Source: Carcharhinus amblyrhynchos (Eukaryota). From it: a stretch of 64,000 bases of DNA. How positions within the stretch are numbered: the first letter of the stretch is position 1; every line of letters starts with the position of its first letter. The DNA is taken from positions 10,788,001 to 10,852,000 of the forward strand of contig OZ336887.1 of assembly GCA_965287045.1 (NCBI GenBank), given 5' to 3'. The notes beneath the pieces were generated by a model. It had not been told where the DNA came from. It saw only the letters and a list, made by a program, of their open reading frames with translations, and searched no databases. The translations under genes were made by a program, and so were the position numbers. This document shows, piece after piece, positions 36,061-48,350 of the stretch.

Positions 36061-36399
36061 ATGAGGTGAAGCAGTAATAGATGGGAAAGTTAAGTTGATT
36101 TGAAATTATTCTCTCCGTTATCAAGAAAAAGACTTACTTTTATATGCAGTTAGTCCTCACTCTAACCTTGTTTCATGTTAATTTTGTTCATTCTTTACGG
36201 TCTGTTTTTCTGATTTGCGTCACTCTTTTTGCTTTCACATTGTTCTCAGTCTGGCCTTGCCTCCCCTCACATGCTGCACTCTGGGGGGGGAGAAGAGAGT
36301 ACAGCTCCCATATCAATCCCCCCTTTAGACTCCAAGCAGCTCAATCAACAGCCCTGTTAGAGACTTGGCCCCTGCAGACTGTCAGGAAGAGGCCCAGGC

Positions 36400-36510
36400 T
36401 CTGGAGAGAGAGAGACAAATACAGAGAGAGAGAGAGAGTGAGAAAGAAGAATGAATGGGAAAGAAGACGAAGGGAGGACAGAAGAGAGATGGAGTGGGGA
36501 AAAAAAATCA
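36400..36510. repeat. (GA)n purine-rich simple repeat
   Basis: GAGAGAGAGA tracts. Confidence 0.85.
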
Positions 36511-36649
36511 GGAGTGCTGTGGGTGACATACAGAATCTGTGTTGCACAGACCTTGTTTGGGTAATTTAATGTAATCTAATTAGAATTTATATAGTATTTC
36601 TGTTATATTCAATAATTTATTTTGCAAGTTATTCTAGCTAGGAATTTTT

Positions 36650-36975
36650 TTTTATTCATTCACGGGACAAGGGCATCACTGGCCGGGCCAGCATTAATTG
36701 TCCATCCCTAGTTGTCCTTGAGAAGGTAGTGGTGCACTGCCTTCTTGAACTGCTGCAGTCCACGTGCTGTGGGTTGACCCACAATGTCATTAGGGAGGGA
36801 ATTCCAGGAATTTGACCTAGTGACTGCAAAGGCATGATATATTTCCAAGTCAGGATAGTGAGTGGCTTGGAGGTGGTGTTCCCATTTATCTGCTGCCCTT
36901 GTCCTTCTAGGTAGAAGTGTTCATGGGTTTGGAAGATGCTGTGTAAGGATATTTGGTGAATTTCACAGTGCTGCA
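36650..36975 (-). mobile_element. LINE family B 3' end
   Basis: Matches 895-1230. Confidence 0.9.
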
Positions 36976-37094
36976 CATGTATTTCATTGTTTTATGCCCA
37001 GGCAAGAAATATTTGAATGAACCCAATCCATGATTTACTCAAAGTTGTTTCACTCAAAGTCAGGATTTTCAGCAACAACTTTAAGTGAGGAATC

Positions 37095-37320
37095 AGTGTA
37101 GCACTTTTCATAACCACTGACATCTCAAAGCACTGTACAATCAATGAATTACTGTTGAAGTGTAGTCATGGTTGTTAACTGATGCACAGCAAACTCCTGC
37201 AAACAACAATGCGATAATGAGCAGATAATTTGTATGTTGTGATGTTGATTGAGAGATCAAGTTGACCAGGACAGAGGAATTTTCCTCAAAATAGTGTGTC
37301 CACCTAAGAAGGGAGATGGG
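37095..37320 (-). mobile_element. Deu-SINE fragment (another at about 37880-37990)
   Basis: GAAGTGTAGTCA..GCACAGCAAACTCC..GATGTTGATTGAG. Confidence 0.65.
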
Positions 37321-37326
37321 ACCTTA

Positions 37327-37617
37327 GGCAGCACTGTGACACAATGATTAGCACTGCCGCTTCACAGCGCCAGGAACTTGGGTTCAATTCCTGGCTTGGT
37401 TCATTGTCTGTGCAGAGTCTGCATGTTCTCCCTGTGTCCGTGTGGGCTTCCTCCGGTTTCCTCCCACAGTCCGAAAGACATGCTGTTTATTGGCAATGAT
37501 AAGTTGCCCCCCAGTATACCCGAACAGGCACCAGAGTGTGGCGATAGGGAATTTTCACAGTAACTTCATGGCAGTGTTAATGTAAGCCTACATGTGACAC
37601 TAATAAATAAGCTTTAA
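37327..37617 (+). mobile_element. V-SINE, tail type B
   Basis: Complete head, V core and tail B. Confidence 0.9.
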
Positions 37618-37669
37618 CCTCCCCAGGCCAAAAATGGGCTGTTTTACAGATTCAAAAATTGACTGAGTT

Positions 37670-37800
37670 ATAACTCCGGATGCTGGAATCTGAAACAAAA
37701 TCAGAAAATGCTGCAAAGCCTCAGCAGGTCTGACAGCATCTGTGGAGAGAGAATAGAGCCAACATTTCAAGCCTGAATGACTCTCTCTCAGAGTTGACTG
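37670..37800 (-). mobile_element. Penelope-like pLTR (family 2) with degenerate hammerhead core
   Basis: GATGCTGGAATCTGAAAC..CAGCAGGTCTGACAGCATCTGTGGAGAGAG; minus strand reads CTGAGAGAGAGTCATTCAGGCTTGAAATGTT. Confidence 0.6.
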
Positions 37801-39496
37801 GATCACGGTTCAAGATTAATATCCTGGTCACTGCTGTGTGTTGCTTGGTGTGAAAGAACCATGGCATACAAAGAGAAGGTAGTACAGACTTGCATTTATA
37901 TAGCACCTTTCATGAATTCAGGGCATCCCTGAAGTGCTTCACAGCCAGTGAAGAACTTCTGAAACGGTAGTCACTATTGGAAAGTAGGAATCCAAATATT
38001 GTGCAGTTTTTCACTCCTATTTGAATAATATTAACGGTTGTAGGTTAAAGAGGGAGAAAAGCCTTTGTAATAAGTAGGTCATTTGTGATAAAATCTCAGG
38101 GAATCCTTCCATTTCCCCTCAATTGGGAACCCCAATGAGTGCCAAAGCTTTCTTTATTAGCTTCATGTTAAAAAATAGGAATTTTTCAGTTTTAATTGTT
38201 GATTTCAAGCTTCCCTCAAGCTGGTATGTCAACGTGTGCTTGCAGTCTGAGAATCCTGCCCTTTATGAGTTCCAGCAGGAGGGTTGCAGCATTTAACGTG
38301 ACTCGTTTACCTGAAATTCCTTTGTGCAATTGTGACTGTCACCCATGTAATAAACCAACTCCCACTGCGACTGAATTCCTGTCAGATGCAACAATGGGAC
38401 TGAGCAAGATTAACACCTCTGCTAAATTAGCAAAGAAGAATCTCCAGTAGATTAAGGATTTGTATTCCGACGGAATCATTTAATGTCTTCTGACTGGAAT
38501 GTGTAAACTCTGTGATCTGAATGGGTCATTGTTGGGAGCTCTGGTTCGGCAGTGCTAGAGAGGAATGGCAGACTTACTGCCTCTCTGCATATTGGATTGT
38601 CTGGTTGCATCTTAGAGAAGCATTCTGAGTGCAGAGGATTGCTTTCCCACAAGGGACACAGCCTGGCTTCCCAGCTATTTATTTAAATTCTCAGTAATGC
38701 TTTCTCAATAAGATCTTCTTCTTAATAAGATGGTATTTCAAGTCCAATACTGCAGGCAGGGCAGATGACAGAGTCTATCAGCTCACATTAAACTGGAGCG
38801 TGCAGTATCAGGCTCTGGAGGGCTAGTCTGAGTCTTGAGCTTTGTTTATGGTTGATTATTGGTGACTTCAGCTTTTGGAAGGTGCTAACCAGGGATTTGA
38901 GCAATCTCTTTTTGGATTGTAGCGAGGGCGGCTGTGCAGCGGCTGAATATTTTTTGATTTTTCTGGGCGGTTGACATTACAAAACAAGTTTGTTGCATCG
39001 TTACCTTTCCTGCCACAGCTAGCTGAACTGTGCGAAGAAGGAGATAAATTGCAGTTCTCCAGCACCTCATTACAGCCTCTCAAAAGGAAAGCATCCCAAT
39101 GTGCATCCCATGCAATGAATCACTTTTTGAAGTGTAGCCGTGTGAAGTGTCTATACATAATAGCACATTCTTCAAATGGCTCTCCACTCTCACCAAGACT
39201 ATAGTATCATTTACCTTGCTGCTGCTTGACTTGCCACAGTACATGTGTACTGTAACTGGTTGTATGTTGTGGGAGAGAGTGACCTGAGGTCAATAAAATC
39301 TGGTAATTTGTGGGCTAGTAGCAGAGAAAAGAACGAAGATGGTTGCTGGAAACAGAATCTCGGCAGAGCAGCAGGAAGCTCCTTGTCCTGAAACTATAAC
39401 TCCATTTCTAGACTCAGGGGAGATCTGCAGCCTCAGAACATCCTCCCTATCAAGTCCTATAAGAAATATTTGCATTCCAATCATAGAATCCTCACA

Positions 39497-41293
39497 AATA
39501 CATAAAGAGCAAAAGAGTAATAAGGGAGAGAGTAGGACCTCTTAAGGATCAACAGGATCGTCTGTGTGTGGATCCACAAGAGATGGGTGAGATCCTAAAT
39601 AAATATTTCTCGTTGTATTTCCTGTTGAGAAAAGCATGAATGTTAGGGAACTTGGGGAAATAAATTGTGATGTCTTGAGGAGTGTACATATTACAGAGAA
39701 GGAGGTGCTGGAAGTCTTAAAGCGCATCAAGGTAGAGAAATTCCCAGGACCTGATGAAGTGTACCCCAGGACATTGTGGGAGGCTAGGGAGGAAATTGCA
39801 AGTCCCCTAGCTGAGATATTTGAGTCATTGATAGTCAGGGCGAGGTGCCTGAAGATCGGAGAATGGCACCTGTTGTGCCTTTGTTCAGAAAGGGTTGCAG
39901 GGAAAAGCCTGGGAACTACAGGCCAGTGAGCCTCACATCTGTGGTGGGTACGTTGCTGGAACGTATTTTGAGAGACAGGATCTACAGGCATTTAGAGATG
40001 CAAGGACTGATTAAGGACAGTCAGCATGCCTTTGTGAGTGGAAAATCATGTCTCACAAATTTGATTGAGATTTTTGAAGAGGTAACCAAGAAGGCGGATG
40101 AGGGCAGTGCTATTGATATTGTCTACATGGACTTTAGCAATGTCTTTGACAAGGTACTGCATGGTAGTTTGTTGCATAAAGTTAGATCTCACAGAATCCA
40201 GGATGAGGTATCTATATGGATACAAAAATGGCTTCTTAACAGAAGCCACAGGTTGGTTGTAGAGAGTTGTTTTTCAAACTGGAGGCCTGTGACCAGCGGT
40301 GTGCCTCAGGGATCAGTGCTGGGTCCGCTGTTATTTGTTATTTATATTAATGATTTGGATGAGAATACAGGAGGCATGGTTAGTAAATTTGCAGATGACG
40401 CCAAGATTGGTGGCATGGTGGACAGTGAAGAAAGTTATCTCCAATTGCAATGGGATCTTGATCAATTGGGCCAGAGGGCTGACGAATGGCAGATGGAGTT
40501 TAATTTGGACAAATGCGAGGTGATGCATTTTGGCAGATTGAACCAGGGCAGAACTTACTCAGTTAATGGTAGGGCGTTGGGAAGAGTTACAGAACAAAGA
40601 GATCTAGGGGTACATGTTCATAGCTCCTTGAAAGTGGAGCCACAGGTGGACAGAGTGGTGAAGAAGGCATTCAGCATGCTTGGTTTCATCGGTCAGAATA
40701 TTGAATACAGGAGTTGGGATGTCTTGTTGAAGTTGTACAAGACATTGGTAAGGCCACACTTGGAATATTGTGTACAGTTCTGGTTACCCTTTTATAGAAA
40801 GGATATTATTAAACTAGAAAGAGTGCAGAAAAGATTTACTGGGATGCTACCAGGACTTGATGGATTGAGTTATAAAGAGAGGCTGGAGAAATTGGGATTT
40901 TTTTTCTCTGGAGCTGAGAGATGATCTTGTATTTTATTGTAAAATAATGAGAGGCACAGATCAGGTAGATAGTCGATACCTTTTCCCAAAGGTAGGGGAG
41001 TCTAAAACTAGAGGACATAGGTTTAAGGTGAGAGGGGAGAGATACAAAAGTGTCCAGAGAGGCAATTTTTTCACACAGAGGATGGTGAGTGTCTGGAACA
41101 AGCTGCCAGAGGTAGTAGTAGAGGCGGGTACGATTTTGTCTCTTAAAAAGCATTTAGATAGTTACATGGGTATAGAGGGATATGGGCCAAATGCAGGCAA
41201 CTGGGACTAGCTTAGGTGTTTTAAAAAAAAGGGCGGCATGGACAAGTTGGGCCGAAGGGTCTGTTTCCATGCTGTAAACGTCTATGACTCTAT
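39497..41293 (+). mobile_element. HER1-like CR1 LINE, 5'-truncated and frameshifted
   Basis: ORF 39845-40924 has NYRPVSLTS, GVPQGSVLGP and FADD; tail GGGCCGAAGGG..CTATGACTCTATGA. Confidence 0.95.
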
Positions 41294-41399
41294 GAAGAAG
41301 GAGGCCACTCAGCCCATCGAGCCTGCACCAACAACAATCCCATCCAGGCCCTGTACCTGTAATCTCACATATTTACCCTGCTAATCTCCCTGACACGGA

Positions 41400-42564
41400 G
41401 GGCCTGATTTTATCATTGAGTTGCACCCATTTTTGGGTGTGAAAACTTGGTAAAGTTGGGCGTGAGGTGAGTAGCATGATCTGTGCCCACCTCTGTGCTG
41501 GTTCCTCCTTTACCAAGGCCAAAATGGATGTGATCGGAACCGTGCCTGAAACGGGCTCGACGGCTATTTAAATACATTTGAATGCATTTAAACTGAATTA
41601 ATGGGCTGCACGCTCAATTTTATTGGCACTCCCCCGTTTACCACCACGTTTGCCAATTCCGAATCGGTGCAAAACAGACACGTTCTATAAAAGTTGATCT
41701 GGGTGCTCCATCAGTGAGGGTTAGTGTTGAGGTAAGTGCATAGTGTCTAACAGCTCTCTGCTACTCACATGTGTCCTTTTGTTGTGGACATTTTATTTCT
41801 CAAGTCGTTGGGGGCTCTGCGAATGTGTGGGGGTTTTGAAGAGCTGTTGTTGCTCTGCAGAGTCTCCGATGTCCAACTTGCAGCACGGACCTGGGCCTCA
41901 GCACTGACCTCGAGTCTTGTAGTGCTGCTGGGTCCTTGTGCACTCAACTCACTTCCAGCTGAAAGATGTGCACAAGGTCCTTGCAGAGTGCACTGCTGCA
42001 GCCTCTCAATTTTGCAAGGAGCTGTGATTGTAGGGAACATGTAGCTTGGGGAATGGGGGCTGTGATTGTGAGGAGCATGTGTTTGGGGGAATTGGGGAGC
42101 TGTGATTGTGGGGAGCGTGTGGCTGGGAGAATGGGGGAGCATGTGGCTGGGAGAATGGGGGGGCTGTGATTGTGGGGAGCATGTGGCTGGGGGAATTGGG
42201 GCTGTGATTGTGGGGAGCATGTGGCTGGGGGAATGGGGGTAAGTGGTCAGCAATGTTGTGGGGGGTGGGGCAATGTCAGTGGGGGCCTGGGAGAGGCATT
42301 ACCCGGCCTGGGAGGGATGTGACAGGGGAGCATTATTCTATCTTTTTCTGCACATGCGCAGCTGGAGGTGCTGATCGGAGCTGCAGGGTTTCAGGCTCAA
42401 TAAGCTCCGCCCGCAGGCTTGTGCAGCATGATTCGGAATCACTGATATTTTTGCAGGCAGAGTGCATATTGGGACACCTGAGAATGGGTCTGAAAGTCAG
42501 ACCTGAAACTCTCCCCGTTTCAAGTCCATCCAGCACTTAGAATCAAAATGGTAAAATAGGACCC
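41400..42564. mobile_element. Non-autonomous Harbinger-like DNA transposon
   Basis: TIRs GGGCCTGATTTTATCATT / AATGGTAAAATAGGACCC, followed by TAA. Confidence 0.7.
42015..42240. repeat. G-rich minisatellite, about 39-bp unit
   Basis: GCTGTGATTGTGGGGAGCATGTGGCTGGG(G/A)GAATGGGG repeated about 5 times. Confidence 0.9.
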
Positions 42565-42765
42565 TAAGGGTCTATTTAGTACAGCCAATCTACTTAACCC
42601 GCACATCTTTGGAATATGGGAGGAAAGAGGAGCATCCGGAGGAAACCCATGCAGACATGAGGAGAACATGCAAACACCACACAGACAGTCACCCAAGACC
42701 AGAATTGAACCCGGGTCCCTGGAGCTGTGAGACAGCAGTGCTAACCACTGTGCTACCATGCCGCC

Positions 42766-43200
42766 AAAATGAGATCATCTTTAATTCTTCCAAAGTCCAG
42801 TGAATATGGGCTCAATCTTTTCAACCTCTCCACATAGAACAGCCCTCGCATCCTAGAAAGCAATCTAGTGAACCTTATGTCACCCTCTTTAAGATAAGTA
42901 TATCCTTCCTTAAGGTAAGACCAAAACTGTACATGGTATTCCAGGTGTGGTCTTACCAAAGCCATGTGTAACTACAGAATGACTTCCTTACACTTACACC
43001 CCAATGTACTTGTAATGCAGTCTTACATGCCTCTTTTTATACCTGCATGTTAACCTTCTGCGAACCATGTGCAAGGATACACAAATCCCACTGAATGCTA
43101 ATATTTACTTGTCTCTCACCTTTAAAAATATTCTTTTTTTTATTCTTCCTTCAAAGTGTGGATATTCTGACATTTCCCTAATTATACTCCATCTGCCAGC
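42766..43200 (-). mobile_element. Old CR1 fragment
   Basis: ALVRPHLEYHVQFWS in ORF 42753-42965. Confidence 0.8.
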
Positions 43201-43975
43201 CACGTGCAGCAATACCTGGAGAACATTCAGGCTTGGATTGATAAGTGATAAATAATATTCCCACCACACAATTGCCAGGCAATGACCATCTCCAACGAGA
43301 GAATCTAACCATCTCCCCATGACACTCAATGGCATTACAATCACTGAATTCTCCAATATCAACATTCTGGAGATTACCATTAACCAGAAACTGACCTGGT
43401 CTAGCCATATAAATACTACGGATACAAGAGTAGGTCAGAAGCTGAGAATTCTGCGGTAAGTAACTCACCTCCTGACTCCTTCAAAGCCTGTCCACCATCT
43501 ACAAAACACAAGTCAGGAGGCTGATGGAATACTCCCCACTTGCCTGGATGGGTGCAGCTCCAACAACACTCAAGAAGCTTGACACCATCCAGGACAAAGC
43601 AGCCTGTTTGCTTGGCACCTGCTCCCTCACACTGTCCACCACTGGTGCAAAACAACAGCAGTGTGTACCAACAACAAGCTGCACTACAGCAACTTACCAG
43701 GACTCCTTCGACTACACCTTCCAAACATGCGACCTCGACCGCTTAGAGGTACAAGGACAGCAGGTTAATGGGAACGCCAACACCCGCAATTTCCTTTTCA
43801 AGCCACACACCATCAAGCTTGGAACTATATCGCTGTCCCTTCACTATCATTGGGTCAGCATTCTGGAATCCCCTTTTTAACAGCGCTGGATGTACCTACA
43901 CCAATTCAGCTGCAATTAAGAATGGGGAACACATTTTAGCCTTGCCAGCAGTATCTGCATCGTATGAAAGAAAAG
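43200..43975 (+). mobile_element. LINE family B C-terminus plus 3' UTR
   Basis: MEYSPLAWMGAAPTTLKKLDTIQDKAACL. Confidence 0.85.
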
Positions 43976-44286
43976 ATCTTAGCTTGGAGATAGCGATCTG
44001 GGCTGTCCTGGGGGCTGGTGATCAGGGCTGGCTATGGGAGGTGTGTGGGGATGGGGGAGGGATTAGGGAAGACATCGGGATGCCCGCAATCGGGAGATGG
44101 TCTGGGAGGACATTGGGAGGCCGGTGATCGGCAGGCCAGTGATTGGGGGGAGAGGGGGAATACAATGTGCACGTGCCGATCTCCCTGGGAGATCAACACG
44201 TGCAGTGTGCCACTCAGCGTGCTGATGACAGCCTCTCAGGTGGGATTAGGCACTCCACCCCCACACTGACAAAATGACCCATTCTC

Positions 44287-44982
44287 TTAAGTTCCAACAT
44301 GTGCTCCTCTCACATAGCCACCAGTCTCCGTGTGGCCCTTTTTACTACACTGACCACTCTCCTCAGGCTTTGATTGATTTCCTGGGGCATCTACCATCTT
44401 GTATATGTTGCTCTCGTGTCTAAGTGTGAGGCTTCCGTGGCAGCCCATTCCATGGACACTGTGATCTCGAAAACCTTTTTGAAATGTAATTGCTTCTCCG
44501 TTAATGACCTTCGCCCAATTTCTTCCTGTAGTTACCCACATACAAGACAGTCCTGCAGCACTTCCTGAAGAAAAATCACAAAATTCTGCCAAATTTTTGA
44601 GAGCCTTGACAACTTTAACAATGTTTTTGCCCTCCAATTGGTCGCACTTGTAAAACCTGTACTTTTCTGCAATTTGCAATGGTTGTGGCACCAAGTGTCC
44701 TTTCAATAACTTGCACAACTCCGTGAATGGTTTATTAGCTGGTTTCCCTGGCTGCAGTAAGTTCCCCAAGACTCCGAATATTTTATCAGCTGGTTTCTCT
44801 GGCTGCAGAAGTTCCCCAGGACTCCGAATATCTTAACTGCCCACTGTGCGCAAAAATACCAGAACCAAGATGTCGTCTTCAATCTTGTTCACTGTAACAA
44901 AGATACTGAATCTCTCCATCTAAGTCAACCCTGCCTCGGCCTCCTCATGGAACTCGCTGATGGTCCCGAACTTCCTGTTCAT
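44287..44982 (-). mobile_element. Decayed Ty3/Gypsy gag
   Basis: MNRKFGTISEFHEE..ERFSIFVTVNKIEDD..LLQPGKPANKPFTELCKLLKGHLVPQPLQIAEKYRFYKCDQ..LKNLAEFCDF. Confidence 0.85.
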
Positions 44983-45719
44983 TTCTCCTTGGCAGTGGCA
45001 AGATTTCCAGCCTTTATGCGGGTAGGCCTGAAGCCTGTTTCTCCCGCGCTGATTCCTGGCTGCTGCCCGCGGTCCTTCAACAACTTCAGGAACCCTTCAC
45101 TTACCCCAGCGATCAGCAGTGGCTGTAGCGAGCAGTCTTGTAGCTGCACTCGGCTCCGAGTGCCTGTTTCCTCTCCCTAATGTCTGCCTGACACCCAACC
45201 TTGACAGCCTCATGGACAACCCCCTCTCTCAAAGCAATGTATCTTCTGGTGAGTCCTCCAATGGCCCACCATGAAGAAAGAAGAAGGATCCTTGCTGCTG
45301 TCTCACACTTGTAGAACAAAGGCACCAACTTTAATATGGAGACTATCGGGTAAGGGGATGGGAGGGTTGAGGGGTTAGTGTTGGAAAGGGGAGGGAATTG
45401 GATTGGGTGGGATGGGATTGGGTAGTTGTCAAGAACTCACAAGGAGGCAAGTCACAGGAGCAAAGAAGGTTTTATTGAATGAACTGTTCTCCTTGCACTC
45501 CAGCTCTCAATTGCCTATAAGAGTGGAATCTCGGGCAGGCCCCCCTTCACCACCCCCCTCCTCCACCCTCCCAACTATCCTAGGATCACCTGACCCGTCC
45601 TCTTAGAGGTGCTAATGCCCTGCATACACAACAATCTTCTATTAGACTACCATGAGGTAACTGAACTTTTGAATTTCATTGAACCTACTGAAAGATAATG
45701 GCAATTAGAAGACCGTTTT

Positions 45720-45990
45720 CATAGAATCCCTACAGCACAGAATGAGACCATTTGGCCTATCGAGTTTGCGCCAACAACAATCCCAACCAGGCCCCATCCC
45801 TGTAATCCCACATTTTTACTCTAGTCCTTCTGACACTAAGGGGCAATTCGGCATGGCCAATCAACCTAACATGCACATCTTTGGAGTGTAGGAGGAAACT
45901 GGATCACCAGAGGTAATGCCACACAGACAGTGACCCAAGCCGGGAATCAAACCTGTGAGGCGGCAGTGCTGACCACAGTACCACCATGCC
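45720..45990 (-). mobile_element. HE1-like V-SINE, tail A
   Basis: CATAGAATCCCTACAG through GCAGTGCTGACCAC. Confidence 0.85.
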
Positions 45991-46640
45991 TTCCTTTTCA
46001 ACATAATGCTAAATATTTGCTGAATGGTAAAACATTCTGTGCTTTAATGCCATTTCTACATATTTTGAGTATTTGTCTGAAAGCGCTAGAGTTGTATAAT
46101 AGCTTGACTTAAGCTTCTGACATCTCCTGTTAATACAGTGCTCAGAAGTGTTCTTTTGCGAGATAGTTTGAACAGGTCATAGCACAAGATGGTAAGAAAC
46201 TTTGACAAGCTGCAATTTCAGAATAATGCTTCAGTGCACCTCGACACTTAGAGGATGCTGCTGATTGGAAAGGCCGCTTTATATTCAGAATGACAGATTG
46301 TCCTACACCTTTCCTCCCCTTGCCTGGAATCCAAACGCAACACAGCTCATTTCAATTGAAGATACAGTTCAGACAAAGACTTTGATTTTTCTTTACTGTT
46401 TCTGGCCCAAACATAATGCTCATTGCAGACAATTTAAAAATGAATGAAAATTGAAGCAAGGAATGAGATTCAAATTTGTTTGAGGTGCAGATAAGGAAGT
46501 TTTGCTTCAATTTTTTTTGTTATTTTGCCTTTATTCCTTTAGGTGCCCTTTCGGTGTGCCTTCTGAAATGCCTTAGGAAAAATTTGGGATAATAAAACTC
46601 TGGCACTGCTTACATTATTTTGCCTATGTGGGTTTACTAT

Positions 46641-46724
46641 CAAATAAACTGATTGGACTTTAACCTGGTGTTGTGAGACTTCTTACTGTGTTTACCCCAG
46701 TCCAACACCGGCATCTCCACTTCA
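46641..46724 (+). mobile_element. Penelope-like pLTR 3' fragment (family 1)
   Basis: Matches 22368-22451. Confidence 0.8.
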
Positions 46725-46789
46725 TCATTTTGCCACAGGACTTTCTCCCCTCTGATGCTGGGCTATGGGATGAAGGTTGGCCAGGATTC

Positions 46790-46985
46790 CTCTTCTTCCA
46801 GTGTTGCCATGGAACTGTTTCCGTCCACCAGAGAGATTATTCAGCGTCTTGGTGTAACATCTCATCCAGAAGGTAAAACCTTTATCAGTGCTGTGCTCCC
46901 TCAGTACAGCACTGAAGTATCAGCCTAGATAATGTGCTCAGCTCCCTGGAGGAGTCAAACACTCGACCTTCTGACTCAGGTGGAA
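46790..46985 (-). mobile_element. Deu-SINE 5' and central fragment
   Basis: CTCCCTCAGTACAGCACTGAAGTATCAGCCTAGAT..GACCTTCTGACTCAG. Confidence 0.7.
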
Positions 46986-47073
46986 TTGTTACCTCCCAGT
47001 CAAGGTTGAGACTCCTTGTTGTGGCTTGTCTCTGGAAAACACGGGAGTTCATGGATAAAATTATAGAAATTAT

Positions 47074-47282
47074 TTGATTTGATTTTGATTTGATTTATTA
47101 TTGCCGCATGTATTGGTATACAGTGAAAAGCATTGCTTCTTGCACACTATACAGACAAAAGCTACCATTCATAGAGCACACAGGGGAGAAGGAAAGGAGA
47201 GGGTGCAGAATGTAATATTACAGTTAGGGTGAAGAGAAAGATCAGCTTAATATAAGGTAGGTCCATCCAAAGTCTGATGGCT
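47074..47282 (-). mobile_element. Rex1/Babar 3' UTR
   Basis: (TTTGA)n plus reverse-complement similarity to 31230-31423. Confidence 0.8.
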
Positions 47283-48109
47283 AGTTGACATTGGTTAATG
47301 ATCCTTTTTGGTTTTGTAAACGTGAGTACCTTTTGAGGTACAGGAGAGATGTACTGTATATAATCAGCAAGGCCTGATAACACAGAGCAAACATTGACTT
47401 TTATTTAGTTTGGTTATGGATGGGGCAGAAGTCATGAATTTAAGCAGATCTTGAAGGGCAGTCAAGAGATAAGATAGAATATTAATCCAGGCAAAGTCCA
47501 CAAAATAAGAGTTAAAAAAAATTCGGAAACATTTGATTAAGTACTTTTATACGACTGCTGGAAGCACTTGGAATAAGTTGAAGATATATGTTACAGGAAA
47601 TTATGATGTAAAGTGATAAATGAATGTGACACACCACAGAAAATGGGATTAAGTTTGGAATCCAGTGTACAGGATGTTCAGATAAGGCAGCAGGAGAGGA
47701 GGGAAAGTAGCTTTCCACCTTTAAATTTGAGTAAAGCAAGAGCCTATGTTTTGGAGGCCGAGTTGGATTGTCTGTGAGATTGTACATTGTGCCACACTTG
47801 TATGGGGAATGATAGGAGTATTTCTGATCTTGTCAGATTGTTGTATCTGCTATTCCATGTGTAATTTATAGGTCATTCTGACCATAACTTGCCTGTTAAT
47901 TCATGTTTAATTAATGTTTTGCCTTAAAATTAAAGCTACAAGAAGTGGAACCTTATTGGCAATTCCTTCATTTGGGAGTCGCTCAGTAAATTTGGCTGTT
48001 TTGGCTTGTAGTTCCCTGTTTCATCTTTAATAGACATGATTTGATTTTATCAGTGGACCGCCTCTGTGGTATTTTGTCAAATGTCTTGAAAATCCTATGC
48101 AAATGTCAG

Positions 48110-48350
48110 TATTGCTGAAAAGAGACACACTGTCAAAGTTTTTAGTTTTGCACGCATCAGGACAGATGTAAGAATGCCAAATTTCAAAGGAAGCAACAAT
48201 TTATACTGCATGAGGGAAGTGTGCTGATTGGCTGCCAAGTTGATTCTGATTGGACGAGGCATTGCCATGGAGAATGCACCAGGGAACTATTATCTCCATT
48301 TCAAAAAAGGAGCAAGGCCTGGACATGTTCCTTTTACCAGGTCCTGTGTG
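48110..48350 (-). mobile_element. Penelope-like element (family 3) with mutated hammerhead
   Basis: Minus strand CTGTC-CTGATGC-GTGCAAAAC-TAAA-AACTTT-GACAG (48130-48165). Confidence 0.5.

Larger units (their letters stand above)
39480..42765 (-). mobile_element. HE1-like V-SINE split into three parts by the LINE and a Harbinger-like element
   Basis: Tail TCATAGAATCC at 39481-39496, continuation 41294-41398, remainder 42565-42765 ending in the reverse-complement head. Confidence 0.75.

Noticed and set aside
41765-42253. 162-aa Pro/His/Thr-rich ORF
   Set aside because: Translation of a minisatellite inside a MITE.
47290-48030. Possible solo LTR (similar impressions at about 14200-14800, 45427-45633 and 52390-52940)
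   Set aside because: No convincing TG..CA ends with TSD and no paired copy in the window.
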